Of a stretch of 55,426 nucleotides of DNA, positions 25,801 through 37,683 are shown piece after piece (position 1 is the stretch's first letter; every line of letters starts with the position of its first letter). The translations under genes and the position numbers were made by a program. Location of the stretch: NCBI GenBank assembly GCA_032718475.1, contig JAUCBJ010009065.1, positions 1-55,426 of the forward strand, written 5' to 3'. Below the pieces are notes generated by a model. It did no database searches, was not told where the DNA came from, and worked only from the letters and a program-made list of their open reading frames with translations. Source of the DNA: Nemertoderma westbladi (lineage: Eukaryota; Animalia; Xenacoelomorpha).

Positions 25801-28697
25801 TGGTATATGGTACGTTTATGGTATATGGTACGTTTATGGTATATGGTACGTTTATGGTATATGGTACGTTTATGGTATATGGTACGTTTATGGTATATGG
25901 TACGTTTATGGTATATGGTACGTTTATGGTATATGGTACGTTTATGGTATATGGTACGTTTATGGTATATGGTACGTTTATGGTATATGGTACGTTTATG
26001 GTATATGGTACGTTTATGGTATATGGTACGTTTATGGTATATGGTACGTTTATGGTATATGGTACGTTTATGGTATATTTTACGTTCATGGCATATGGTA
26101 TATGTTACGTTTATGGTATATGGTACGTTTATGGTATATGGTACGTTTATGGTATATGGTACGTTTATGGTATATGGTACGTTTATGGTATATGGTACGT
26201 TTATGGTATATGGTACGTTTATGGTATATGGTACGTTTATGGTATATGGTACGTTTATGGTATATGGTACGTTTATGGTATATGTTACGTTTATGGTATA
26301 TGTTACGTTTATGGTATGTTACGTTTATGGTATATGTTACGTTTATGGTATATGTTACGTTTATGGTATATGGTATATGGTACGTTTATGGTATATGGTA
26401 TATGGTACGTTTATGGTATATTTTACGTTCATGGCATATGGTATATGGTACGTTTATGGTATATTTTACGTTCATGGCATATGGTATATGGTACGTTTAT
26501 GGTATATGTTACGTTTATGGTATATGTTACGTTTATGGTATATGGTACGTTTATGGTATATGTTACGTTTATGGTATATGTTACGTTTATGGTATATGGT
26601 ACGTTTATGGTATATTGTACGTTTATGGTATATGGTATATGGTACGTTTATGGTATATTTTACGTTCATGGCATATGGTATATGTTACGTTTATGGTATA
26701 TGTTACGTTTATGGTATATGGCACGTTTATGGTATATGGTACGTTTATGGTATATGGTACGTTTATGGTATATGGTACGTTTATGGTATATTTTACGTTC
26801 ATGGCATATGGTATATGTTACGTTTATGGTATATGGTACGTTTATGGTATATGGTACGTTTATGGTATATGGTACGTTTGTGGTATATGGTACGTTTATG
26901 GTATATGGTACGTTTATGGTATATGGTACGTTTATGGTATATGGTACGTTTATGGTATATGGTACGTTTATGGTATATGGTACGTTTATGGTATATGGTA
27001 CGTTTATGGTATATGGTACGTTTATGGTATATGGTACGTTTATGGTATATTTTACGTTCATGGCATATGGTATATGTTACGTTTATGGTATATGGTACGT
27101 TTATGGTATATGGTACGTTTATGGTATATGGTACGTTTATGGTATATGGTACGTTTATGGTATATGGTACGTTTATGGTATATGGTATATGGTACGTTTA
27201 TGGTATATGGTTCGTTTATGGTATATGGTACGTTTATGGTATATGTTACGTTTATGGTATATGTTACGTTTATGGTATATGTTACGTTTATGGTATATGG
27301 TATATGGTACGTTTATGGTATATGGTATATGGTACGTTTATGGTATATGGTATATGGTACGTTTATGGTATATGTTACGTTTTATGGTATATGTTACGTT
27401 TATGGTATATGTTACGTTTATGGTATATGGTATATGGTACGTTTATGGTATATGGTATATGGTACGTTTATGGTATATTTTACGTTCATGGCATATGGTA
27501 TATGGTACGTTTATGGTATATTTTACGTTCATGGCATATGGTATATGGTACGTTTATGGCATATGTTACGTTTATGGTATATGTTACGTTTATGGTATAT
27601 GGTACGTTTATGGTATATGTTACGTTTATGGTATATGTTACGTTTATGGTATATGGTACGTTTATGGTATATTGTACGTTTATGGTATATGGTATATGGT
27701 ACGTTTATGGTATATGGTACGTTTATGGTATATGGTACGTTTATGGTATATGTTACGTTTATGGTATATGTTACGTTTATGGTATATGTTACGTTTATGG
27801 TATATGTTACGTTTATGGTATATGTTACGTTTATGGTATATGTTACGTTTATGGTATATGTTACGTTGATGGTATATGTTACGTTTATGGTATATGTTAC
27901 GTTTATGGTATATGTTACGTTTATGGTATATGTTACGTTTATGGTATATGGTACGTTTATGGTATATGTTACGTTTATGGTATATGGTACGTTTATGGTA
28001 TATGTTACGTTTATGGTATATGTTACGTTTATGGTATATGGTACGTTTATGGTATATGTTACGTTTATGGTATATGGTACGTTTATGGTATATGTTACGT
28101 TTATGGTATATGGTACGTTTATGGTATATGTTACGTTTATGGTATATGTTACGTTTATGGTATATGTTACGTTTATGGTATATGTTACGTTTATGGTATA
28201 TGGTACGTTTATGGTATATGGTACGTTTATGGTATATGTTACGTTTATGGTATATGGTACGTTTATGGTATATGTTACGTTTATGGTATATGGTATATGG
28301 TACGTTTATGGTATATGTTACGTTTATGGTATATGGTACGTTTATGGTATATGGTACTTTTACGTTATATGGTATATGGTACGTTTATGGTATATGGTAT
28401 ATGTTACGTTTATGGTATATGTTACGTTTATGGTATATGGTACGTTTATGGTATATGTTACGTTTATGGTATATGTTAAGTTTATGGTATTTGGTACGTT
28501 TATGGTATATGGTACGTTTATGGTATATGTTACGTTTATGGTATATGGTACGTTTATGGTATATGTTACGTTTATGGTATATGGTACGTTTATGGTATAT
28601 GGTACGTTTATGGTATATGTTACGTTTATGGTATATGGTACGTTTATGGTATATGGTACGTTTATGGTATATGTTACGTTTATGGTATATGGTACGT
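22829..28697 (+). repeat. 18-bp tandem array (roughly 300 copies, with interspersed 7-bp tatatgg subunits) containing the 5' splice site of exon C
   Basis: Unit tatatg|gtacgtttatgg; the first copy is the exon C donor. A 631-bp block is duplicated internally (markers at 24721/25352 and 24951/25582). Confidence 0.99.
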
Positions 28698-29329
28698 CAA
28701 TTAATTTAGTTTAAAGAAATCTATATGAAAGCCTCTTTAATTATGATCCTATTTAGTAGGCCAAATCCAGTTACCGAAATCCGAAAATTTTAGTAGAAAA
28801 TGTTTTTAAATTTGCGGCCATTAGAACATTTTTACTATTAACAATATATGATCATATCAATTAACATTAACTTTGTCACTAACTTTTATATTAATAAACT
28901 CTAATAATAGATATATTTTGTTCTTATGGCCGCATATTTAATAGCATTTTATACTATATGCTACATAAAAGGCCATAATTTGTAATTAATTCTAATTGTA
29001 AAAGAACTTCCTTTTTCAACTTCAAATTTTTTAGAGATGTATAATATATACAATATATATGCAGTAGATTAACAATTAAAAATGCTTTAGAATACCTTAA
29101 TATCTATAAGACATGCGAATGAGTATGGACATGTCCGATAAATCCAAAATATCATTTTTACAGTCACAATACAGTTTGACAAAAGTGAAGAATGTATTGA
29201 ATATAGCTAAGGGGCGCCTGGCTATGGTAGTTATAGCATAGCTAGTGACATTACCAGCCAGTTTATGGTGGAGGGAGGAAGGGGGGGGGGGGGGGGGGGG
29301 GGGCGTACACTGAAGCCGTATTATTCAAT

Positions 29330-30050
29330 TAATATTTGTTGGGTTGATTTGTGGATTGTGGGGTTTAGTGTTGGGTTGATGCTAGTCGGACAAGTTTATT
29401 CATTTTAATACGTGAAGGTTTTAGAGTAGAATTATATGTACCTCCCCATAGTAGAATTCCATATTGTAGATAGGGACGAATTAATGAGAAATAGAGTAGA
29501 CGGAGAATATGCCAGATGTTTTAGAAATTTTTTAAATTATACTTCCAACATGTGATTTCCATTTTAATTGTCTAACTACCCAAAGTTTTAGTTAGATTGG
29601 AATAGAGTATCCTTGTGGGACTCCACAAGTTAACGGTTCTAGAGAAGAGGTGTAGTTGTCGATAGTCACTGATTGAGTTCGGTCAGATAGAGAGCTTGCT
29701 ATTAATTTGTTTGGGAGATCTCTGATACCGTAAGATTCAAGTTTCTTAAGTAAGATGTGGTTGGTGATTTAGAGTCTCAAAGACTTTTTTTAGATCTATG
29801 TATGGCGCAGGTAGAGTTTTTGAAATCTAGCGAGTCATGAATTTGTTCAATTAGCGATAGGCGAGCGTGAGTATTTGTTGTTTTGGGTCTAAGCCGAATT
29901 GAGAAGATGTAAGAATTGAGTATTTAGTTAAATATGCGAGTAGGTGTTGGTTGATAATTTGTTCGTAAATTTTTGACAGAACTGGTAGTTAGGGTTATAG
30001 GTCTATAGTTGTCTGTATCACTGCACCTTACTTGTTATTGGGTACTACAG
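29330..30050 (-). pseudogene. Decayed CR1/L2-group LINE reverse transcriptase fragment
   Basis: The minus strand gives frameshifted RT motifs DNYRPITL..PVLSK, SQFG..RPK..THA..SLIEQIHDSLD..CAI..IDLKKVFE and GVPQG. Confidence 0.8.
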
Positions 30051-30509
30051 CTATCCGTGGGCGCTAATTTGACTGAAGTTGGTTTCAAATGGCGCGATCG
30101 CATAGCAGTCTAACTTTGTATGATGAGACACGTGACGAGGTGCTTCACGACTCCTTCACTGGTTGGTACTGTCTCAAGTTCTACAAGCTAAGTGTGAGAA
30201 CTTGTGCCCTCCCGAAACCATTCCGGTTGCCAGGAAGTAGTTTCGCTTCAGGATACGTGATCCGTTAACATGAATTGATTAAATGCTTCGCTGCGATAAA
30301 GATCATATCAATTTCATATATGACCCAAAAATTGACCTTTTTGGGGACAGAACCAGTTGGGTAAGAATATATATTTGATAGTTATTTATTTTGAAACCAA
30401 ATAAAATTAATGGGAAATGGTAGCTTCAATTATTATAAGGTAGAAATTATTCAAAATTTTGTGAGTAGGATGTGTGTATAAGTATAGTTATTACTTTGCT
30501 TGCTTGCAG

Positions 30510-30768
30510 GACTAATACTTATGCTGGGTCTCTTCCAGAAGAATGGGTGGCAGAGATTGCAATGTCATATTTCAATTGTACAGTGGAATCAACATTATCT
30601 GAACCTGATGGTATAAAAAATTTTGTCAACACTAGACAAGAATTGGAATCATATGACCCTGTTGGAATGGAAATTATGAAGAAGATGTTTCCTTGTGGAA
30701 ACACAATTTTTGGTTTAAACTCTAAAGATGACCTTTTCGATTTGCAATGGACAAAACTACATTGCAGT
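30510..30768 (+). CDS. Exon D of the metallopeptidase gene (probable third zinc-ligand region)
   Basis: gcttgcag|G (completes TG|G Trp) ... TGC AGT|gttagt (phase 0). Translates to WTNTYAGSLPEEWVAEIAMSYFN...NFVNTRQELESYDP..MKKMFPC, fitting the W-x-x-T-Y-A...E-x-x-A-E...N-T-R-x-x-L-x-x-Y-D-P pattern. Confidence 0.9.
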
Positions 30769-31090
30769 GTTAGTATTATGATTTCCTCCAACAATCTTTA
30801 TTATAATTCGGGTACTCAAAAGATAGAGGTGAAAATACAAAAATCATATGTGATTATTTTCTTTTGACCGTTTTATGTGTCTTATATGTGTTGTATAAAT
30901 AAAAAGTTGCAATTGCCATTGTTATGTAGCATTTGCTAGGTATGGCGAGCTTAATCATCCGTGACATTTTGTTAGCTAGCTAAATCAATATCTTCATTTA
31001 AATTAAATGATATCACTACTTTATATTTCTAATCAGGGAAAGTAAAATGTGTGTACAATCAAATGCAATAACAGTGCAAATAACAAATGC

Positions 31091-31440
31091 TTCCACAGTA
31101 GTAAACCCTTCCATTCTGTTTCCTATAGGAATTCCTGTATACCAACATGGGTGATCTTCCACAGTAATCCCTTCCACTCTGTTTCCTAAAGGAATGCCTG
31201 TTTACCACCATGATGGGTGATCTTCCATAGTAAACCCTTACACTCTGTTTCCCTATAAGGAATGCGTGTTCACCACCATGTGTGATCTACCACAAAAAAC
31301 CCTTCCACCCTGTTTTCTTAAGAAGGAGTGCCTGTTCACCACCATGGGTGATCTTCCACAGTAAACCCTTCCACTCTGTTACCTAAAGGAATGCCTGTTC
31401 ACCACCGGGTGATTTTCCTCAACAAACCTTCCACTCCGTT
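31091..31440. repeat. Degenerate ~62-bp tandem repeat, about 5.5 copies
   Basis: Consensus close to ttccacagtaaacccttccactctgtttcctaaaggaatgcctgttcaccaccatgggtgatc. Confidence 0.85.
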
Positions 31441-31444
31441 TCAC

Positions 31445-31612
31445 AAGTTGACTTGGTTCTCATTTATCGACCGGTTAAGGATGAATAACTGGGTTAGGCT
31501 AGGATGCATAATATGCAGCACTGTGCCCAAACTGTGTTGTCCCATCTAGGGATAATACCAGGGTCTACTGATTGGAATGGAAGCCAAGGAATATCACCAC
31601 TAGATCAAGATT
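31445..31612 (-). mobile_element. tRNA-derived SINE remnant with a Nin/Deu-type central domain
   Basis: Minus strand shows an A-box-like tgatctagtgg head, then aacccagttattcatcctt..cggtcgataaatgagaacc, which resembles the Nin-domain consensus (recognised from memory). Confidence 0.55.
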
Positions 31613-31760
31613 TCTCTCTGTACCTAATATATATAACTGATCTATGAAATTTAGCAGAATTTCCGACATTATTGCCATAAGAAACATCGTCTAGTACTAC
31701 CCGGTACGCTGGGAATCGTACTTTGAGATTATTGTACAAGAACTGCTATTTATGTTGCAG

Positions 31761-31881
31761 GCTGATGGTTTTTACCACATTCATACTCTAAACCATTTCC
31801 ACATTGATACGGCACCTCTTCAATATTTAGAGGAAATTTGTGAAGACCAAATGGATTGGTGTGGGTTTTGGGCATCATGCG
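31761..31881 (+). CDS. Exon E: linker plus N-terminal half of an ShK domain (absent from the ORF track in this frame)
   Basis: tgttgcag|GCT ... TGC G|gttagt, phases 0/1, matching exons D and F. Translates to ADGFYHIHTLNHFHIDTAPLQYLEEICEDQMDWCGFWASCG. Confidence 0.9.
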
Positions 31882-32049
31882 GTTAGTTCTGAATGTAATA
31901 TTTATGTCACAGTCTATTATTCCGGCTTGTTTCGAGACCCATCAACATGGCCTTAAAAAGTCTGTAAAATTGCTTGCAAAATTTAGGAAAGTTGTTTTCC
32001 AGGACATATTAATGATAATTATAATTCTAGAACGTATTGAATAGCTGCG

Positions 32050-34416
32050 CACTAGTATACTATCTATACCCTAATTTTGGACATTTTTTTTTCTTTCTTT
32101 CTTTTTTGATTTTTGACATGTTGTTTGGCTTATTATCAATTTTATTCTAGAGTTATATATTTTTGTTGCTATGGTTACATAAATACAATAAATTTAAAAT
32201 AACTATTTACATACTTGTGTGTAAAGTAGCACTTTAAAGTGTGATGATCCGAGTGGCTTTGTTACACGAACGAACGTTAGTGAGTGAGTGAAAAGTATTA
32301 TTTGAAATATTTTCATAAAATACTAGCTACCATAAAAATATTTAATATCTACCATAATATTGTGTGAAGGTCCAACTATATTCTAGAACACCAATTAAAA
32401 CCAAAAAACACATAAAAAATACACATTAAAAAAATCCAGATTTGGTGTACCTGTAGTGAAGTGATACCTCTTAGTCTTATTGACAAATTTATTCGAGGAT
32501 TAAATTAAATTTTTAATTTGTTTTACGAGCTAATAAAAAGTAGGCCTACTAGCGGTACTTATGAAGCTCGTGGCCAACATTTTGAAGATTTTTATATTGA
32601 TTTGTATAGTTGTCTTTTGCACCCTTTACAATTGTTTTATTCTAGAATATAGTCGTCTGATATAAGATTATGTGGTAGCTACTGTTTTTCATGGTAGCTA
32701 GCTAGCAAATAATTTTTGCTAGCTAGTAACTTTTTTTAATTTTTTTATTGTCTTGTTTGTTTTATTTAATTTTTCATTTATACATTAAATAGAATATTAG
32801 TTCGTATATTATATAAATAAACTGTGTATGTACACAATATTGTATGTATCTAATATAAAGATAATTATTGTATGATTAAATTTAAATTTCATCATAAATT
32901 TATCGTTTGTTTCTTCAGTTTCTGTTAATATATGGGATAAACGTTGGCGACCAATCGCAAAAAAGACTCGAGTTTGCATAGATCTGTATGTCCTTGACAA
33001 GGGTGTTGAGTGCACTACTATGTCCTGGACAAGGGCGTTGAGTCGGCACAACTATGTCCTGGACAAGGGCGTTGAGTCGGCACAACTATGTCCTGGACAA
33101 TGGCGTTGAGTCGGCACAACTATGTCCTGGACAAGGGCGTTGAGTCGGCACAACTATGTCCTGGACAAGGGCGTTGAGTCGGCACAACTATGTCCTGGAC
33201 AAGGGTGTTGAGTCGGCACAACTATGTCCTGGACAAGGGCGTTGAGTCGGCAATACTATGTCCTGGACAATGGCGTTGAGTCGGCACAACTATGTCCTGG
33301 ACAAGGGCGTTGAGTCGGCACTACTATGTCCTGGACAAGGGCGTTGAGTCGGCACAACTATGTCCTGGGCAAGGGCGCTGAGTGCACTACTATATCCTGG
33401 ACAAGGGCGTTGGGTGCACTACTATGTCGTGGACAAGGGCGTTGAGTCGCATTACTATGTCCTGGACAAGTGCGTTGAGTGCACTAATATGTCCTGGACA
33501 AGGGCGTTCAGTGCACTAATATGTCCTGGACAAGGGCGTTCAGTGCACTAATATGTCCTGGACAAGGGCGTTGAGTCGCACTACTATATCCTGGATAAGG
33601 GCGTTCAGTGCACTACTATGTCCTAGACAAGGGCGTTGTGTCGCACTACTATGTCCTGGACAAGGGCGTTGAGTGCACTACTATGTCCTGGACTAGGGCG
33701 TGGGGGGCACTAGTATGTCCTGGATAAGCGCGTTGAGTGCACTACTATGTCCTGGATAAGGGCGTTGAGTGCACTACTATGTCGTGGACAAGGGCGTTGA
33801 GTCGCACTACTATGTCCTGGACAAGGGCGTTTAGTGTACTACTATGTCCTGGACAAGGGCGTTGAGTCGCACTACTATGTCCTAGACAAGGGCGTTGAAC
33901 AGCTGGACATTTGTAAATTTTTTATTCTATGTTATCTTTGTATCACATATTTGATAAAAATCACTAGCTACAATGAAAATTTGTAGTTGTTAGAAATTGT
34001 TTTTAACACAAATCAAATAAAAAACACAAATATTTCTTCTAGATATTTTATTTCTTATAAAAATGAAGACGATATGTTCTAGAATATTTTTATAAACAAA
34101 AGTAAGAAAAACTAGCTTTGATAACAACCAAAAAACAGAATTAGTTAATTTTGTTCTAGAACAACAATTGTTTGTTTTAGAACAAAATCAATAAAAAAAT
34201 GAATAGACAATATGTGGCACTACTATGTTATGGTACCCACTTTTTAATTTTAGTGCCCAATAGCACTCAGGTAGTGCCCAATATGTTATATAAGATTTTT
34301 AAATAATAATTTTATATTTATATATATATATTATTTATATATATATATATTTATATTTTATATAAAATATTTAATCAATTTGTTTTGCAAATTTGGGCAT
34401 TGATACTATACTTGTG
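32050..34416. mobile_element. Putative non-autonomous DNA element with degenerate CAC...GTG terminal inverted repeats and an internal minisatellite
   Basis: cactagtatactatctataccctaattt (32050) matches the reverse complement of aaatttgggcattgatactatacttgtg (ends 34416) at 23 of 28 positions. Internal imperfect inverted blocks at about 32321-32390 and 32635-32704. No clear TSD. Confidence 0.5.
32987..33898. repeat. 32-34-bp minisatellite, about 28 copies
   Basis: Unit tatgtcctggacaagggcgttgagt(cg)gcac(a/t)ac. Confidence 0.97.
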
Positions 34417-34612
34417 CCGATTAGCAGTTTATGGCTTGAATAAGGCGTCCTAAACTATATACTAGGACGCCTTGGCCTTGATATTATTTCAATGGTTTAC
34501 TGATTGTTCTATTTATAACATAGGCCCTAGTGTGGAATAAAGTAATATATTTTTAGGTATAAAGTAGGCCTAATCAACTTAATATAATTTAGGGCATTAC
34601 GGTAGGATAGTA

Positions 34613-35050
34613 ATGGCCGCATCGAATAATCGTTTGAGTTACAATAAACTGGAAGAAGAGTTAAAGAAAACAAACGAAAGATGTAACGAGCTAAGTCGCA
34701 ACATGGCCCAACTTATTGACGAATTGAATACTGTCAAGCAATGCTGCCGTTATTATAGAAGGAAATTAGATAAACACAGTGTTTACTGTTCTTTGGTCTG
34801 CTGTTCCGAGCAGAATGATAAGTCACTTCTTCCATCGATCAATAATTCTGACCACCAAAGAAATGACCCAATCAAACAGATACACGATATGAAAAGGCAA
34901 GACAAGCAGGAAAAGGAAACAATTTTCCGATTAGAGGATGAAAACAAGAAAGAAAACTACAAAGAACTCGCAAAGAAAAAGAGTTCGAAGGAAAGGAAAC
35001 AAGAAGTAATTAAAAAGAAAGAAATGATACAGTATATTACTACTGTATAG
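34613..35050 (+). other. 145-codon ORF with charged, coiled-coil-like composition; function unknown, intronic
   Basis: ATG-initiated and K/E-rich, with no recognisable motif. May be a relic of a mobile element. Confidence 0.25.
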
Positions 35051-35259
35051 TGTAAATAGTGCACAGTGAAGGAGGTTGTTTATTCGGTTGAATAGTGCCT
35101 CCTAATTGACAAATAACAATATGATATTCAGGATTGGGAAAGTGTAATAAAATTTTTAGGAAAATCTATTTTTTAATGAGGGGAAGCTTGTTGATAGACG
35201 AATACCATGGATATTACTCCACACCGTCCGTTCTGGTAGAATTATTGCTTGCTGTTTAA

Positions 35260-37019
35260 CCACTTAACGAACCACTTTTTTAGCGGCAGCCTGTCAAAAA
35301 ATGACCTATTTTTTTTATTGTCATTTTCGATAGCCTATAACTAGCGGATGAAAAAAAATATATTTCCAGTAAAATATATGCATTATTTAGTGAAATATCC
35401 AGCCTTCTATAAGCTATCAAGAACTCATCCCGAGTTAACTCGTGCATTAAATAATCATGTAAATTCGCGAAAAAATAATATAAAAATAAAAATAATAATG
35501 AAAAAGTGTGCACCATATAATTATTGGTTTGATAAACAACATTCACACTAAAGTCTGTACTATAAGTCTGTTTGTACATCTGTTGTTGTCCGACAAAATT
35601 TGTCCGAATTCTGAAACAAAAAAAGTGCAACTATTTGTATTTACACACAATGACAAAATTTCCAAGCACATACAGTATATTTTCATTTCTTTCATCTAGT
35701 TCTATAATAATTGTTCTGAAGTATGTCAATCTGTTTACTCTTCGTCTAGTTGTCTGCAAGTCTGTTTGTCTGTCCGTCGGTCTGTTTGTCTGTGCATTTG
35801 CTTGTGTAGACATCAGTATTTACTGAAATTTTTGAAAATCTATGGACTGCATCTCGAATGACTCTTTGTAAAACAAGCTTACTGCACACTTTTCTGTCCA
35901 GTGTGTTTTCTCGTTTGTTTGTAAGACTGATTTGAGGGTTGTCTGTTTGTCAGACAAAATTGTCAGTTATTTGAAATAATTTTTAACTTGACAACATTAC
36001 AGCTACTTCCAAGCTCTTACACGATTTAGGTAACGAATCAGTAATTTATACTCTCAGTATTTATTACTTTATACTTAGGGTATTTATTAGGCAGTGAAAA
36101 CTGAATGAATATTTGTATACCTCCGTTTTTATTTATTCAGTATAAGACAATTCATTGAACAAATCTGACATGAGCTTAACCACCTACAGTAGCTTACAAT
36201 GCGAACTTGTCAACTGTTGTACCAGTTGTGTACCAGTTATCTACTGGATCTGGGCCTACTTATAATCTATATTTTCAAAACTTATAGAACTTTTGTGTGA
36301 TATTCACGGAAACACAGAACTACACATAGTGGAGCGTCACAATCCTTACAGTAATAGCGGGATTCACGGCGCACCTTTTTCCCCCTGGAGTCCTTCTTCT
36401 TGGAACAAATAACACAAACTCTGGTCGGATTTTTCTTCGTTGTGGATGGTATTATATCAGGGAAATGGCGTTTGCTAAGGCAGGCAGGATTATCAGACAA
36501 ATATGACCGCCCCCTTGGTCTAGCAACTGGGTCAGATTTGGGTCATTTAGAAATAATATAAAATTATATTTTTAAAAAGTAATTTGGCAACGTACCGGTG
36601 CGGTAACAAAACAAATAAAGGATAAAATATAAAGAATGAAGAATGTAAATAATGGAATCTCCAATATACAATAGATCTGCATGTTATTGTTGTAACTACC
36701 CGTACCTAACTAAGTTATTATTGCTGGAACACAACCAATAAGAAATTAATCTGCAGGGCTGGAAGTTGTGTGTCTCATAGAGGCCACAAACAATCCATTT
36801 ACGTCATAAAACCAATCACAAATCAGCATCTATATCATTGTTAAAGTTTTCCACTTGGCTAAGGTAAGCTATTTTTAGATATCCAATCAAATAATTCACG
36901 GCTATATTCGAGTTTGGTTTCAGTTTTCAACAGAAAACTGTTTGCACGAGTTAACTCGGGTTAGTCTGAATTATCAATTTTCTTGAACCCGAATTTATTC
37001 GGGATAATTCGTTAAGGGG
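35260..37019 (-). mobile_element. Non-autonomous (internally deleted) piggyBac element
   Basis: TTAA at 35256-35259 and 37020-37023. TIRs ccacttaacgaa / ttcgttaagggg (11/12). An 18-bp internal inverted repeat cccgagttaactcgtgca lies at about 35429 and 36943. A transposase C-terminal remnant lies inside. Confidence 0.9.
36282..36500 (-). pseudogene. piggyBac transposase C-terminal cysteine-rich domain remnant (PGBD4-like)
   Basis: HFP...RVCVICSKK...RRESRYYCKDCDAPLCVVLCFREYH, the CxxC...CxxC...LC...CF..YH signature. Confidence 0.9.
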
Positions 37020-37584
37020 TTAAAGAAAGTTGTTTAAAAAGTGTCACTGTCGAATTCATTGGCAAGCTACACAACATATGGGAGATCGAGGGTGTGAGTG
37101 CTTTTTGTGCCTTTTGTGGAGCGAGCGACGAAAGTAAGCGAGCTTAGCATACCACTAACTCAATCTCGTGTTGATCTGTTGTGTCCAATTTTAAACGTTA
37201 ATAACTCAGTCAAATGTTAATGAAATTTAACCAAACTTGGTACACATGTAGTCTGGCCAATGTTTAGAAATTTTCCAAGTTGAATTTCCGTGTGGCGTGG
37301 CCTTCGAGAAGCTAAGATAATAGCAGTTAATTAGTTAATTAAGTTGGTTAATTACTCAACCAAATGTTAATGAAATTTAACCAAACTTGGTACACATGTG
37401 ATTATTGATAGTAACAATGTGTTGGCAAGCTGTATTTTTCGAGGTGTTTGTTATTATACATTTTATTATAAGAAGGGATCTAGGGGTCTTAACCTCGAAT
37501 GATAAGTTTATTTTACCGAAAATAACTTATCTTTTTAAAATGGCAGCTGTCTTTGAAATTATTACTCCATATCTCAAGAACCTG

Positions 37585-37637
37585 TGGCCTAGTGGTTGTA
37601 GTCTCGGCTTCCGCCTCGAGGTCCCAGGTTCGAATCC
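37585..37637 (+). promoter_or_regulatory. RNA Pol III type-2 internal promoter (A and B boxes) of a tRNA-derived head
   Basis: A box tggcctagtgg at 37585-37595 and B box ggttcgaatcc at 37627-37637, with tRNA-like spacing. Confidence 0.85.
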
Positions 37638-37640
37638 GAC

Positions 37641-37683
37641 ACCACGCTGATGAGACCCAGTAAGGTCGAAACGCGTACGTGGT
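37641..37683 (+). ncRNA. Minimal type I hammerhead ribozyme
   Basis: accacg CTGATGA gacc cagtaa ggtc GAAA c gc g TA cgtggt. Stem I is 6/6 bp and stem II is 4/4 bp. The core is intact and stem III is a tiny palindrome (acgcgt). Predicted cleavage after GUA at 37677. Confidence 0.88.

Noticed and set aside
22771-28714. Very long ORFs (up to 1458 aa) of YVYGIW, MVRLWY and MVYGTF repeats
   Set aside because: Artefacts of an 18-bp unit with no stop in any + frame. All three frames are open and interchange at 7-bp indels, and the region lies in the intron after the 22834 donor.
29281-29303. Poly-G runs (also 46964-46990, and poly-C at about 38036-38052)
   Set aside because: Simple homopolymers of unreliable length with no supporting context.
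34442-34473. 11-bp perfect hairpin aaggcgtccta...taggacgcctt as a terminator
   Set aside because: Eukaryotic intron with no U-tract; more likely a collapsed transposon-end remnant, and too short to classify.
37575-37650. Functional tRNA gene
   Set aside because: A and B boxes are present, but no acceptor stem forms and the sequence runs straight into a hammerhead. It is a tRNA-derived head.
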